From assembly GCA_965242525.1 (NCBI GenBank), contig OZ251459.1, forward strand, positions 1,824,001-1,888,000: a stretch of DNA of 64,000 bases, written 5' to 3'. Under the pieces are notes generated by a model. The model made no database searches and was not told where the DNA came from. It worked only from the letters and a program-made list of their open reading frames with translations. Shown here one piece after another: positions 19,677 to 29,181 of the stretch (its first letter is position 1; the number at the start of each line of letters is the position of its first letter). The stretch comes from an uncultured Candidatus Binatia bacterium (GTDB lineage: Bacteria > Desulfobacterota > Binatia > UBA9968 > JAJDTQ01). A program made the position numbers and the translations under genes.

Positions 19677-20752
19677 GAGCGGGGTTCGCCGGTGCGGCCA
19701 CCGCGTGCCATCTGGCGCTCCGGGGCGCGCGCCGCGTGGTGGTGGTCGAGCGGGAAGCGGTGGCCGGGGTCCACTCCTCGGGCCGGAACGCGGGATTCAT
19801 ACGCCAGGTCCTCTCCGAGCCGTCCCTGACGGCCCTTGCGGCCCGAAGCGCCGCGTTCATCCGGGACCTTCCGCGGGACTGGCCCGCGCCGGTGGCCTAC
19901 GACGCCATCGGCTCGCTGATCACCGGACGCGGCGCCCAATGGGACACGCTGCGAGAGGAAGCGGCGCTCGCGGGCGAGCAGGGCGTCCACGTGGAGTTGT
20001 GGCCGCCGGAACGGGCTGTCGAGGCGGCGCCCCTGATCGAGGGCGGGGGCCTCGACGGGGCCGTCTGGTGCGCGTCGGACGGCGTCGTCGACGTCCATGC
20101 CCTGCTGTCCGGCTACCTCAAGACGGCCCAGAGCCGGGGCGCCGTGGTTCGCTACGGGGTGGATGTGCGGGAGATCCGGGTGCGCGGCCGCGGCGTGGAG
20201 GGCGTCGATACGGACCAGGGCTTCTTCGAGGCGGACGTGGCGGTCAACGCCGCGGGACCCTGGGCCGGTCCCGTGGGCGCCCTGGCCGACGCCGCGCCCA
20301 TCGCCTTCCATCCCCGGCGCCGGCACCTGTTCGTGACCCCGCCGCTGGACTGGGTCGACGCCCGCTGGCCCTTCGTCCTCAACGTCTCGGACGAAGTCTA
20401 TTTCCGGCCGGAAGCCGGCGGCCTGATGTTGTGTGCGTGCGACCAGGACGAGATGCCCCCCGGCGACCCGCCCACGGACGCCGGAGCCGTCGAGCTCCTG
20501 GCGGAGAGGTTCGCCGCGGCCTACCCCGACTTCCCGGACGTCCCCATCGGACGTTACTGGGCCGGGCTGCGGACCTTCACGGACGACGGTCGGTTCGTCA
20601 TCGGGTGGGACCCCGGAGTCGAGGGGTTCTTCTGGGTGGCCGGCCTGGGCGGCCACGGCGTCACCACCAGCGCCGCGGTGGGCTCGCTGGCCGCCCGCGT
20701 GCTCTTGGGAGGGGAGCCGCACCCGCAGTTCTCCCCAGCCCGGTTCGGCTGA
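19643..20752 (+). CDS. FAD-dependent oxidoreductase (DAO/sarcosine oxidase family)
   Basis: [38 protein letters not shown]. Confidence 0.88.
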   Translation: MQPQEARYVIIGAGFAGAATACHLALRGARRVVVVEREAVAGVHSSGRNAGFIRQVLSEPSLTALAARSAAFIRDLPRDWPAPVAYDAIGSLITGRGAQWDTLREEAALAGEQGVHVELWPPERAVEAAPLIEGGGLDGAVWCASDGVVDVHALLSGYLKTAQSRGAVVRYGVDVREIRVRGRGVEGVDTDQGFFEADVAVNAAGPWAGPVGALADAAPIAFHPRRRHLFVTPPLDWVDARWPFVLNVSDEVYFRPEAGGLMLCACDQDEMPPGDPPTDAGAVELLAERFAAAYPDFPDVPIGRYWAGLRTFTDDGRFVIGWDPGVEGFFWVAGLGGHGVTTSAAVGSLAARVLLGGEPHPQFSPARFG

Positions 20753-20825
20753 AACGTCCGCAGCGACCCGGACTCCCGCGGGACCGGGACCTCGTGGACC
20801 GCGCGCCCCGTGGAGGCAAGAGATC

Positions 20826-21548
20826 ATGGACGGAGAATACGTAACCACCGGCGTGCCGGAAGCCATGCGCGAGCGGGTCCGGCGCTACGCCGAGACCCTT
20901 CGGGAGCTGGCCGGCGACAACGCCCGGTCGCTGACGCTGTTCGGCGCGGTGGCCGCGGGCGTCTTCGACCCCCGGACCCAAACGGCCCGGAGCGTCTTCG
21001 TGGTGGGCTCGGTGGACCTGGAGATGCTGCGGCGGTTGGCCAAGCAGGGGCCGCGCCTGGGGAAGGCGCGCATCGCAGCCCCGCTCATCATGACCCCCGA
21101 GTACATCGAAGCGTCCGTGGACACCTTCCCGCTGGAGTTCCTGGAGATCGCCCAGCGCCGCGTCTGCGTGTTCGGCGAGGACTACTTCCGGGAGTTGCCC
21201 CTGCAGGCCGCGGACGTAAGGCGCCAGTGCGAACGCGAGGTCAAGACCATCCAGCTCGGCATGCGGCAGGCGCTGCTCGCCGCCGCAGGGCGCGACAAGG
21301 CCCTGACCACCGTAGAGGTGGACGTGGGGGAGCGGCTGCTGCGCTCGTTGCGAGGCCTGCTCTGGCTGCACGGGGACGTGGAGCCCAGGCCGGCCGCGGA
21401 CACGGTAGCGGCCATCGAAAACGGCATCCACCGTCCCCTGCCCGGAGTCCGAAGCGCGGTGGACCACCGGAGCCGGCACGGATGGGACGAGTTCAAGACC
21501 CTCTACGCCGACGTGGACGCCCTGAGGACCCATATCGATGCGTGGTAG
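20826..21548 (+). CDS. Nucleotidyltransferase-fold-like hypothetical protein (LemA/TPM-associated)
   Basis: SLTLFGAVAAG.FDP and S.DTFPLEFLEI...GED; overlaps the TPM gene start. Confidence 0.65.
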   Translation: MDGEYVTTGVPEAMRERVRRYAETLRELAGDNARSLTLFGAVAAGVFDPRTQTARSVFVVGSVDLEMLRRLAKQGPRLGKARIAAPLIMTPEYIEASVDTFPLEFLEIAQRRVCVFGEDYFRELPLQAADVRRQCEREVKTIQLGMRQALLAAAGRDKALTTVEVDVGERLLRSLRGLLWLHGDVEPRPAADTVAAIENGIHRPLPGVRSAVDHRSRHGWDEFKTLYADVDALRTHIDAW

Positions 21549-22365
21549 CGCCCTCTCGGGTCTCGTCCTGTTCCTGTGCCTTGCCGGCGTGGTCCACGGG
21601 GCGGTCACGGTCGAAGACCCAGGCGCCTACGTGGTGGACGCCGCGGGCATCGTCGAGGCCGCGGACGAACGCCGGATGGAGGGCTGGCTGCGCGAGCTGG
21701 AGCAGAAGACCACCGCCCAGGTCAAGGTGCTGACCGTTCCCACCACCGACGGAGAGGACTTCTTCGGTTTCGTGCAACGCCACGCGGAAGCCTGGAAACT
21801 CGGACGCGAGGGCAAGGACAACGGCGCGCTCATCGTCCTGGCGGTGAAGGAACGGCGGGTGCGCATCCATACGGGTTACGGTCTGGAGGGAGCCATCCCC
21901 GACTCCTGGGCGGGCGCTGCCTCCCGGCAGGCCGCGGCCGAGTTCTTCCGGGCGGGCAGGTACGCCGAAGGACTCCTGTTCCTTACCGTGGCCACCGCCA
22001 ACCGGGTGGCGGACGCGGCGCGCGTCGAGCTCGGCGGCGTTCCCGAGCACCGGGTCCGCGGCGGCCGCGGGCGCGCGACCGGCACCGGAGTCGGCAGCGC
22101 CCTGATGCCGCTGCTGGTGCTGCTGTTCTTCCTCGGATCGCTGCGCCGCCGGCGTCATCGGTCCGCCTGGGGAGGACGGGGCGTTGCGTCCGGCCTCCTG
22201 ATGGGCGCCGTCCTCGGCAGCCTCCTGGGAGGAGGCCATCGTTCGTGGGGCGGCTCCGCGGGCGGTTTCGGAGGAGGCCTTGGCGGCGGCTTCGGGGGAG
22301 GCTTCGGAGGTTCTTTCGGCGGCGGTGGCGGCTTCGGCGGCGGCGGTGGCGGAGCCGGATGGTGA
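21538..22365 (+). CDS. TPM-domain (YgcG-like) membrane protein with Gly-rich tail
   Basis: YVVDAAG, WKLG..GKDNG, RIHTGYGLEGAIPD, terminal GGGGGFGGGGGGAGW. Confidence 0.9.
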   Translation: MRGSALSGLVLFLCLAGVVHGAVTVEDPGAYVVDAAGIVEAADERRMEGWLRELEQKTTAQVKVLTVPTTDGEDFFGFVQRHAEAWKLGREGKDNGALIVLAVKERRVRIHTGYGLEGAIPDSWAGAASRQAAAEFFRAGRYAEGLLFLTVATANRVADAARVELGGVPEHRVRGGRGRATGTGVGSALMPLLVLLFFLGSLRRRRHRSAWGGRGVASGLLMGAVLGSLLGGGHRSWGGSAGGFGGGLGGGFGGGFGGSFGGGGGFGGGGGGAGW

Positions 22366-22430
22366 CGCGCCTGACCGTCCCGGCGAACCGTGGATACCTC
22401 GACAGAGGAACTTTCCGAAAGGAGTGAACC

Positions 22431-23003
22431 GTGAGCGCATCGAAGATCCTCCTGGCCATGCTGGCCGCGATCGTCGGGCTGGTGCTGTTGACGGGCGGTT
22501 GCGTCCTCAGCGGCTACAACCGGGCCATCACACTGGACGAGGCGGTGAAGAACCAGTGGGCGCAGGTGGAGAACCAGCTCCAACGGCGCTTCGAGCTGAT
22601 CCCCAACCTGGTGGAGACCGTCAAGGGGGTGGCCAAGCAGGAGGACAAGATCTACCTGGGGGTCGCCAACGCGCGCAAAGCCTATTTCCAGGCGGCCACG
22701 GTCAACCAGAAGGCCCAGGCCGCGGCGGGGTTCGAGCGCGCGCTGTCCCGGCTGCTGGTGCTGCGGGAGCAATACCCGCAACTCAAGTCCAACCAGTCCT
22801 TCCTGAAGCTCCAGGACCAGCTCGAAGGCACCGAGAACCGTCTTGCGGTGGAGCGGAAGCGGTTCAACGACCGGGTGACCGCGGTCAACACGTTCGTGCG
22901 CAAGCTGCCGGGCCGCTTCTACGCAGACCTTGCAGGGGTGGAGAAAGCCGAGTACTTCGCCATCGAGGAAGAGGCCGCGGAGTCGCCGAAGGTGAGCTTC
23001 TGA
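22431..23003 (+). CDS. lemA: LemA family protein
   Basis: YN, WAQVENQLQRRFELIPNLVETVKG, EQYPQLKSNQSF..LQDQLEGTENR. Confidence 0.93.
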   Translation: MSASKILLAMLAAIVGLVLLTGGCVLSGYNRAITLDEAVKNQWAQVENQLQRRFELIPNLVETVKGVAKQEDKIYLGVANARKAYFQAATVNQKAQAAAGFERALSRLLVLREQYPQLKSNQSFLKLQDQLEGTENRLAVERKRFNDRVTAVNTFVRKLPGRFYADLAGVEKAEYFAIEEEAAESPKVSF

Positions 23004-23015
23004 GGACGGCCGTGA

Positions 23016-23681
23016 CTAGCCGTCTCCGCCCGGGCCGGGGCCGCGCACGGGCTCGACCCGACCCCCGCCGGGAGGCGTCTTCCGCCACAGAGCCCGGGCC
23101 CGGGCGTAGTCGTCCGGGGTGTTCACGTTGAAGAAGCTCAACCCTTCCGGGTCGAAGGCGCGGACCTCGTCCTCGTCCACCTTCAAGGTGCGCACCTTGT
23201 CGTAGAGGAACACCGGACGCAGCTCGCCGCGGCGAAGCTGCTGCTCCAGCAACGGCGACACGCCGCGGCGGTACACCGCGTGCAACGGTTGCAGACGCCC
23301 CTCCCAGTACGGCGCCACCACGTCATGGCCGGGGAGTCGGGACGCCAGGTGGGCCGCCAGGGAAAGGTTGAGGAAGGGCGCGTCGCACGAGACGACGAAG
23401 ACCCCTGCGCCCTTGCAGGCCCGGAGTCCCCGGCACATTCCGCCCACTGGACCCTGGTACGCGACCTCGTCCCGCACCAGCGTGGCCGGAAGCTTCGGCA
23501 ACTCCTGCCCCGGCGCCGCCACCACCACGATGTCGGAGAACAGCCGCCGGAGCCTCCGGACCACGTGCAGGATCAACGGCTGCCCGCCGAAGGGGAGCAG
23601 GGCCTTGGGCCGGCCCATGCGGCGGCTCCTGCCGCCGGCCAGGACCAGGGCCGAACCGACAGCGTCGGTCTCGTCACTCAT
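23016..23681 (-). CDS. mobA: Molybdenum cofactor guanylyltransferase
   Basis: LAGGRSRRMGRPKALL, GPVGG, CDAPF, QPLHAVY, FFNVNTPDD. Confidence 0.92.
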   Translation of the reverse strand: MSDETDAVGSALVLAGGRSRRMGRPKALLPFGGQPLILHVVRRLRRLFSDIVVVAAPGQELPKLPATLVRDEVAYQGPVGGMCRGLRACKGAGVFVVSCDAPFLNLSLAAHLASRLPGHDVVAPYWEGRLQPLHAVYRRGVSPLLEQQLRRGELRPVFLYDKVRTLKVDEDEVRAFDPEGLSFFNVNTPDDYARARALWRKTPPGGGRVEPVRGPGPGGDG

Positions 23682-23694
23682 GGGGCACGACGTT

Positions 23695-24150
23695 TCAGGC
23701 GCAGAGCCTCAGGCGCAGCTCTTGCAGGGCCGTCGGAAAGAGTTCCGGGTCCTTGGAAAGCGCGGTCTTGTACAGGACGTAGCGTTCGTGCGCAGCCCAG
23801 CGTCCCCACTCCGCGAGGGTCACCCGCACCCCCGCGCCGCCGCTTCGCACCGCCACCGGCTCCGGCACGCCGGCCGCGGTCCAGGCGTCCCCGTCCAGCG
23901 CGGGGCAACGTTCGACCGGGGCGTTCGCATGGGACCGGGCCAGGGCCGCGAGGAACGAGGCGAACACTTCCCTTTCCTCGTCCGTGTCCGCGGGCAGGTG
24001 GCAAAGCGCCCGGCGCTCTTCCATGCGGAAAGCGCGCCACGTCTTCAGCGGCAACCGCACCCCGGCCAGGTCGAGCTTCATCCTCACGTGGAACGGTATC
24101 CGCTCCAGGCCCGGATAGAACTCCGCTTCGAATTCGAACCGATGGAACAC
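23695..24150 (-). CDS. Nitrate reductase-associated protein (NarM-like)
   Basis: FEFEAEF...IP..VRMKLDLAGV.L...W and W....RYVLYK. Confidence 0.75.
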   Translation of the reverse strand: MFHRFEFEAEFYPGLERIPFHVRMKLDLAGVRLPLKTWRAFRMEERRALCHLPADTDEEREVFASFLAALARSHANAPVERCPALDGDAWTAAGVPEPVAVRSGGAGVRVTLAEWGRWAAHERYVLYKTALSKDPELFPTALQELRLRLCA

Positions 24151-24165
24151 CGTCCCGCAGCCCCG

Positions 24166-25371
24166 CTAGAAGCCGCTCCCCCGCCGGCCTCCCTTGAGGA
24201 GGCGGATGCCCCACACCAGGAACACGGAGAAGACGAAGTTCCCCAGCGCGATCAGGAAGGGGACGGTGTAGCTTCCGGTGACGTCGTGCAGGAAACCGCC
24301 GAGCCAGGTCCCGATGGCCCCGCCGACGCCGATGCTCATGGTGAAGTAGCCGTAGATGGCGCCGAAGTCCCTGCCCAGGAAGACGTCGGCCGATATGGCC
24401 GACAGCACCAGCGCCCTGGACCCCTGGCCCAAGCCGTAGCACAGGGCGTACGCATAGAGGAGCACCGGGTGCTCGGTGCTGTCGGCCATCACCAGGGCGA
24501 GGATCCCCGCAGACGAGACCACCTGCACCAGGGTGTAAACGAGCTGGTGGTTGACGCGGTCCGTCAGGTAACCGAAGAGCACCCGGCCGAAGATGCTGGA
24601 TATCCCCATGAAACCGAGGACGGAGGCTGCGAAGAGCGGGCTGTAGCCGATGTCCACCGCATGGGCCACCTGGTGCGTGGTGATGATCTGGTTGCCCATG
24701 CTGGCGATGACCCGCGACAGGAACAGCAGCCAGAACATGGTGCTGACCAGCGCCTCCCCTACGGTCCAGTCCCCGGCGCCTGCGGCCGGGTCCGCGGCCT
24801 TCCGCGGCTCCGCCCGGTCACGGGGCATCAACATGCCCGAAGGCAGCACCACCAAGCCAAGGGCCAGGCCGCCCAGGGCCGCGTACGCGATGCGCCAGCC
24901 CCAGAAGTCGATGACGAACTGCGCCAGGGGCACCAGCAGGGCGAGGCCCACGCCGCCGCCGGCCCAGGCCAGACCCATGGCCAAGCCCCGGCGGCGGGTG
25001 AACTCGCGCGCGATGATGGCCACGTGGGGCACCATGCCCATGAGACCGAGCCCCAGGGCGGTGACCACTCCCAGCCAGAAGTACGCCTGCCACAACGACG
25101 AGACCGTGGCGCTGAAGGCCAAGCCAGCGGTGAGCAGCAGGCCCCCCAGCAACAGGGTCTTGCGCGGCCCCCACCGGTCCACCAGCGAGCCGGCCACCGG
25201 CAGGGAGAAACCTTCCACCAGCACCGACAGCGACAGCGCCCCCGCGGTGACCCCACGGGACCAGCCAAAGGCCTGGAACAGCGCCACGTAGAACACCGCA
25301 TAGGTGCCGCGGATGCCGCGGTTGAAACCTATGTGCAGGAAGCCCAGAGCCACTCGTCCGTAACGCTGCAC
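24166..25371 (-). CDS. MFS transporter
   Basis: About 12 TM segments; motif A GSLVDRWGPRK; FGYLTDR. Confidence 0.9.
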   Translation of the reverse strand: MQRYGRVALGFLHIGFNRGIRGTYAVFYVALFQAFGWSRGVTAGALSLSVLVEGFSLPVAGSLVDRWGPRKTLLLGGLLLTAGLAFSATVSSLWQAYFWLGVVTALGLGLMGMVPHVAIIAREFTRRRGLAMGLAWAGGGVGLALLVPLAQFVIDFWGWRIAYAALGGLALGLVVLPSGMLMPRDRAEPRKAADPAAGAGDWTVGEALVSTMFWLLFLSRVIASMGNQIITTHQVAHAVDIGYSPLFAASVLGFMGISSIFGRVLFGYLTDRVNHQLVYTLVQVVSSAGILALVMADSTEHPVLLYAYALCYGLGQGSRALVLSAISADVFLGRDFGAIYGYFTMSIGVGGAIGTWLGGFLHDVTGSYTVPFLIALGNFVFSVFLVWGIRLLKGGRRGSGF

Positions 25372-25410
25372 CGTCGTAACCAGCCAACCAGGAATGTCGG
25401 TTACCCCCGA

Positions 25411-26271
25411 TTACTTCAGGAACTCGTCGGTCCAGGAGTCGTACCGGCCGCGGCCCAGGGCCAAGTCCATCAACTCCGGGGAGGCGGCCCGGTCCCGGAG
25501 GTCCGCGGGAGGGCGGCCCTGCCGCAGGTGCACGTACGACTCGTGGAGCGCGCGCACCGCGACCTGGAACGGCGCGTGCCCCTGGAGCGCCACCCGCACG
25601 CCGTTGGCCGCGAGGAACTCGCGGTCCTGGAGGTCCGGGGGGACCGCGCCCAGCACCAACGGCAGGCGGGTCATGGCCCCGATGCGCTCCACCTGGTCCC
25701 GGGACTTCACGCCGGTGAGGAAGATTCCGTCGGCCCCCGCGGCCTCGCACGCCTCGACCCGCACGGCCACTCCATCGGTCCCCTGGGCCGGAAGGACTCC
25801 GCTTCGACCCAGGATCACGAGGTCCGGATCCGAACGGGCCGCGGCCGCGGCCTTCAGTTTGCCGGAGAACTCCTCCACCGAGATGAACTCGGCCCCTTCC
25901 TGCCGGAAGCCTCTGGGCAACCGCGTGTCCTCAATGGTCAGGGCCGACGCTCCCGCCGACTCCAACTCCTCCACGGTCCTCATGACGCTCAGGGCGTTGC
26001 CGTAACCGTGGTCCGCGTCCACCATCAGCGGCGCCTCCCCGGCCCGGACGATGCGGCGCACCTGCTCGGCGAACTCCGTGAGGGTCAGCACCACGAGGTC
26101 CGGCGCCCCCAGCACCGCGGCCGAGGCGGTGGACCCCGCCAGCATGGCGGTCTCGAAACCCGCGGCTTCGGCCAGCCGCACGGACACGGGATCGAACACG
26201 GACGCCGGGTAATGGCAGACGGTCCCCTGCAGCAACCGGCGGTACTGCCGGCGGCGGTGGGTGAAAGTCAC
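25411..26271 (-). CDS. Oxaloacetate decarboxylase-like, isocitrate lyase/PEP mutase family
   Basis: SVFDPVS, LGAPDL, MVDADHGYGNALSVMRTV, LTIEDT.LP. Confidence 0.85.
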   Translation of the reverse strand: MTFTHRRRQYRRLLQGTVCHYPASVFDPVSVRLAEAAGFETAMLAGSTASAAVLGAPDLVVLTLTEFAEQVRRIVRAGEAPLMVDADHGYGNALSVMRTVEELESAGASALTIEDTRLPRGFRQEGAEFISVEEFSGKLKAAAAARSDPDLVILGRSGVLPAQGTDGVAVRVEACEAAGADGIFLTGVKSRDQVERIGAMTRLPLVLGAVPPDLQDREFLAANGVRVALQGHAPFQVAVRALHESYVHLRQGRPPADLRDRAASPELMDLALGRGRYDSWTDEFLK

Positions 26272-26320
26272 GGTCTTCTCCAGAACATCTGGTCAATCCT
26301 GACCTGAGGCGCCTCTCCCC

Positions 26321-26392
26321 ATGGGAAAGCACGTCCTTCGACTTCGCTTCACTACGCTCAGGACGAACGGGGGCAACTGTTCAGGGTTGCCC
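26321..26392. repeat. Short REP/MITE remnant
   Basis: gtccttcgacttcgcttcactacgctcaggacgaac followed by a decayed end tgttcagggttgcc. Confidence 0.7.
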
Positions 26393-26482
26393 TCATCGAG
26401 AGGGCCCGGGGCTTCGACGTTTCCCTCCGCGATGACGGCCGGGGCTTCGACGCCCCCGCGGGACGGAACCCGCAGACGAGGC

Positions 26483-27460
26483 TCAATCGCCCGGGTCCAG
26501 TCGCAGGTAGTCGTAGCGGTCCCCGGACGCCACGCGCACCTCCTCCACTCGAACCCCCTTGAGGACGTTGAGCGGAACGCTCACACCCGCGGAGCCAAGG
26601 GACCAGACCTTGCGGTAGAGATCCGCCAGGCCTTCCACCGGGGCGCCATCGACTCCGGCGATCAGGTCCCCCGCCAGAAGGCCCGAGCGCGCCGCGGGTC
26701 CTCCCTTGGATACACGACGAACCACCACACGTCCACCCGACTCTTCCATCTGCGCCCCCAGCCAGGGCCTCGGCCTGGCCGCGGACCTGCCCTTCGACAC
26801 GAGGTCCGACAGGATCGGCTTCAGCAGGTCGATGGGCACGAACATGTTGCCCGGCACCGGATGTCCGGGCACCGCCTCCGGGACCTGGAGCGACCCGACG
26901 CCCAGCAGGCTGCCGCCGCGGTCGATCAACGCGGCCCCGCCGAAGGCGGAGTGGTGCGGCGCGGTAAAGATGGCCCGCTCCAGCAGGTATTCCCAGTAGC
27001 CCGCGAACACGCGCCGGGAGACTACATACGCCTCCTGCCCGGATGGCCCGCTCCCGGAGTAGCTGAGGATCAGCACCTCCGACCCGCGTTCGAGACCCCC
27101 GGACGCCCCCAGCGCCAAGGGGCGGGAACCCATCGGCGACAGGGCGCGGAGCAGGCCGAAACCCGTGGCATGGTCGTAGGCCACCACCTTGGCCGGCGCC
27201 TCCTTGCCCCGGGCGTCGGTCACGCGCACGCGGGACGCTTCCAGGATCAGGTAGCCGATGGTGAGTATGAGCCCGCGGGAGTCGATGACCACGCCGCTGC
27301 CTTCCCGCAACGGGCCGAGGGAACCCGCGGTGCGCGCGTCCGCGGGTACTTCCGCCCGGACCTTCACCATCGCGTCGAGGGTCTCCGCAGTGAACTCCTC
27401 GCCGGACACGGGCGCCGCCAGACCAAGGACCAGGACCACGATGAGACCTACCCTTCCCAT
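26483..27460 (-). CDS. S1C (trypsin-like) protease homologue with PDZ domain
   Basis: Signal peptide; GSGVVI, LTIGYL, GYWEYLL, GGAAL, PRPWLG, PDZ GPAARSGL.AGD. Confidence 0.85.
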   Translation of the reverse strand: MGRVGLIVVLVLGLAAPVSGEEFTAETLDAMVKVRAEVPADARTAGSLGPLREGSGVVIDSRGLILTIGYLILEASRVRVTDARGKEAPAKVVAYDHATGFGLLRALSPMGSRPLALGASGGLERGSEVLILSYSGSGPSGQEAYVVSRRVFAGYWEYLLERAIFTAPHHSAFGGAALIDRGGSLLGVGSLQVPEAVPGHPVPGNMFVPIDLLKPILSDLVSKGRSAARPRPWLGAQMEESGGRVVVRRVSKGGPAARSGLLAGDLIAGVDGAPVEGLADLYRKVWSLGSAGVSVPLNVLKGVRVEEVRVASGDRYDYLRLDPGD

Positions 27461-27689
27461 GAGACACCTCCATACCCTGCAAGACCGTCGCACTCCCGAC
27501 CCCGCGGCCGGACTCCCGCGCCCGCGCATGGGCTTCGACCGCCGGAGGCAAGACCGACCGCACAGAGCCTTCTACTCCCATTGCCCATTGTACTCCCGCG
27601 GTCACCGGAATGCACCAGAGCGATCCAGACACGGGACACCCGGATCCGGCCTTGAAGCGCGCCAGCCCGCGGTCACCTGAATGCATTTG

Positions 27690-27830
27690 GGAACCTCTGA
27701 ACAATCGAGACATCCGGGATGGATTCCCGATTCCCTCACCCTGACGCCCCTATTTCCGTTCGTCCTGAGCGTAGCGAAGCGGAGTCGAAGGACGTGCTCA
27801 TGCCCCCTGTCCGGATTGTTCAGAGGTTCC
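27690..27830. mobile_element. Intact MITE with IS5-like terminal inverted repeats
   Basis: TIRs GGAACCTCTGAACAATC/GATTGTTCAGAGGTTCC (17 bp perfect); flanked by TTTG on both sides (4-bp TSD); internal REP core. Confidence 0.85.
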
Positions 27831-27845
27831 TTTGATCGGTTCGGG

Positions 27846-28002
27846 CGCAGAAGCGAGACATCCAGGATGGAATCCCTCCCCCTGACACCCCTGTCCCCGT
27901 TCGTCCTGAGCCTGAGCGTAGCGGAGATTCCCGTTCGTCCTGAGCGTAGCGAAGCGAAGTCGAAGGACGCGCCCATGTTCCCCGGATCGTCCAGGGGTTT
28001 CT
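27846..28002. mobile_element. Degenerate MITE copy with partially duplicated REP core
   Basis: gagacatccaggatgg...gttcgtcctgagc twice...gtcgaaggacgcg...gatcgtccaggggtttc. Confidence 0.65.
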
Positions 28003-28060
28003 ATGGTAACATGTGGACTCGTTCCCGCGGACAGGTACGGAACAGGACGGTCGAACCACC

Positions 28061-29014
28061 ATGCCCCCCAGACTTCGCATTGGAGTCAGCGCTTGTCTCC
28101 TGGGTCATTCCATCCGCTACGACGGCGGCCACAAACGCCACCGCGTGGTCACGGAAACACTGTCGCGCATCTTCGACGTCGTGTCCGTCTGCCCAGAGTG
28201 GGAGGCGGGCATGGGAGTCCCGCGGGAGCCGGTGGAACTCGTGGGCGACCCGAAAGATCCCCGCATGATCGGGAAACGGTCCGGCACGGACTGGACCGAG
28301 ACCATGCGCCAACACGGGCGTCAGCGGACCGCAGAGATCGAGAAGCTGGAGGTGTCGGGGTTCATCTTCAAGCAGGGCTCCCCAAGCTGCGGGTTGAACG
28401 GCGTCCCGGTGCAGTCCGGGGACGCTGACCTTGCGGGCCGCGGCCTGTTCGCACGGACGCTGACGGAGGCGCTCCCGCTCATGCCCATGGAAGAAGAAGT
28501 CCGGCTGGACGACGCACCGTTGTGCGAGAACTTCGTCGAGCGCGTGCACGCCTACCGGGAATGGCGCGACTGGACTGGCGAGGAAGCCTCCCTGGGAAGA
28601 CTCATGGACTTCCACGCCCGCCACAAACTCACCCTCCTGGCCCACAGCGAGACACACATGCGGCTGCTGGGACGCCTGCTGGCAAAGGCCAAGACAGCCC
28701 CGCTCGACCGGGTGACGGCCCGATACGGCACCCTCTTTATGGAGGCCCTCAAGCAGCCGGCCACCACCGGAACCAACACCAACGCGCTACAGCACGCAGC
28801 CGGGTTCCTGTCCCACCGCATGGACCCCGAAGAGCGCAAACGGCTCGCCGCGCTGGTGGACGACTACCGCCGGGGGATCGGCCCCCTATCCACACCCTTG
28901 GCCCTCCTACGCCACCACGCCGCTGAACAGAGGGATGTGTACGTCCTACGCCAGAGCTTTCTGCATGAGCACCCTATGCCCGCGGCCCTTTGCCAGAGCC
29001 AGCCGCAACGCTAG
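28061..29014 (+). CDS. DUF523 + DUF1722 (YbbK/YbgA-like) protein
   Basis: IGVSACLLG..IRYDGGHK, VCPE, SPSCG, ENFVERV, FHARHKL, N.LQH..G. Confidence 0.9.
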   Translation: MPPRLRIGVSACLLGHSIRYDGGHKRHRVVTETLSRIFDVVSVCPEWEAGMGVPREPVELVGDPKDPRMIGKRSGTDWTETMRQHGRQRTAEIEKLEVSGFIFKQGSPSCGLNGVPVQSGDADLAGRGLFARTLTEALPLMPMEEEVRLDDAPLCENFVERVHAYREWRDWTGEEASLGRLMDFHARHKLTLLAHSETHMRLLGRLLAKAKTAPLDRVTARYGTLFMEALKQPATTGTNTNALQHAAGFLSHRMDPEERKRLAALVDDYRRGIGPLSTPLALLRHHAAEQRDVYVLRQSFLHEHPMPAALCQSQPQR

Positions 29015-29181
29015 ACTTCTGTCCGGGGCGCCGTCTTTGCTATACCTAGATCGCTTACTGGCTTCGGGCAAGGGTTGAGAGGACGGAAGGGAATGTCGTA
29101 TATGCGGAAGCGGAGAGCAGACAAAGCCGTGTTTACCTCCTTTGCCGCTCGCCGCCACTAAACCAGACAGGAGGTTGCAGC

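Noticed and set aside
22240-22365. GGC-rich repetitive DNA
   Set aside because: Ordinary Gly-rich tail of TPM proteins.
27602-27976. Short ORFs containing LRLRFATLRTNG, FVLSVAKRSRR or WIPAFAGMT peptides
   Set aside because: Translations of the repeat elements, not genes.
27690-28002. CRISPR interpretation of the recurring ~35-bp repeat
   Set aside because: Copies are dispersed, in both orientations, inside TIR-bounded units; no regular spacers or cas genes.
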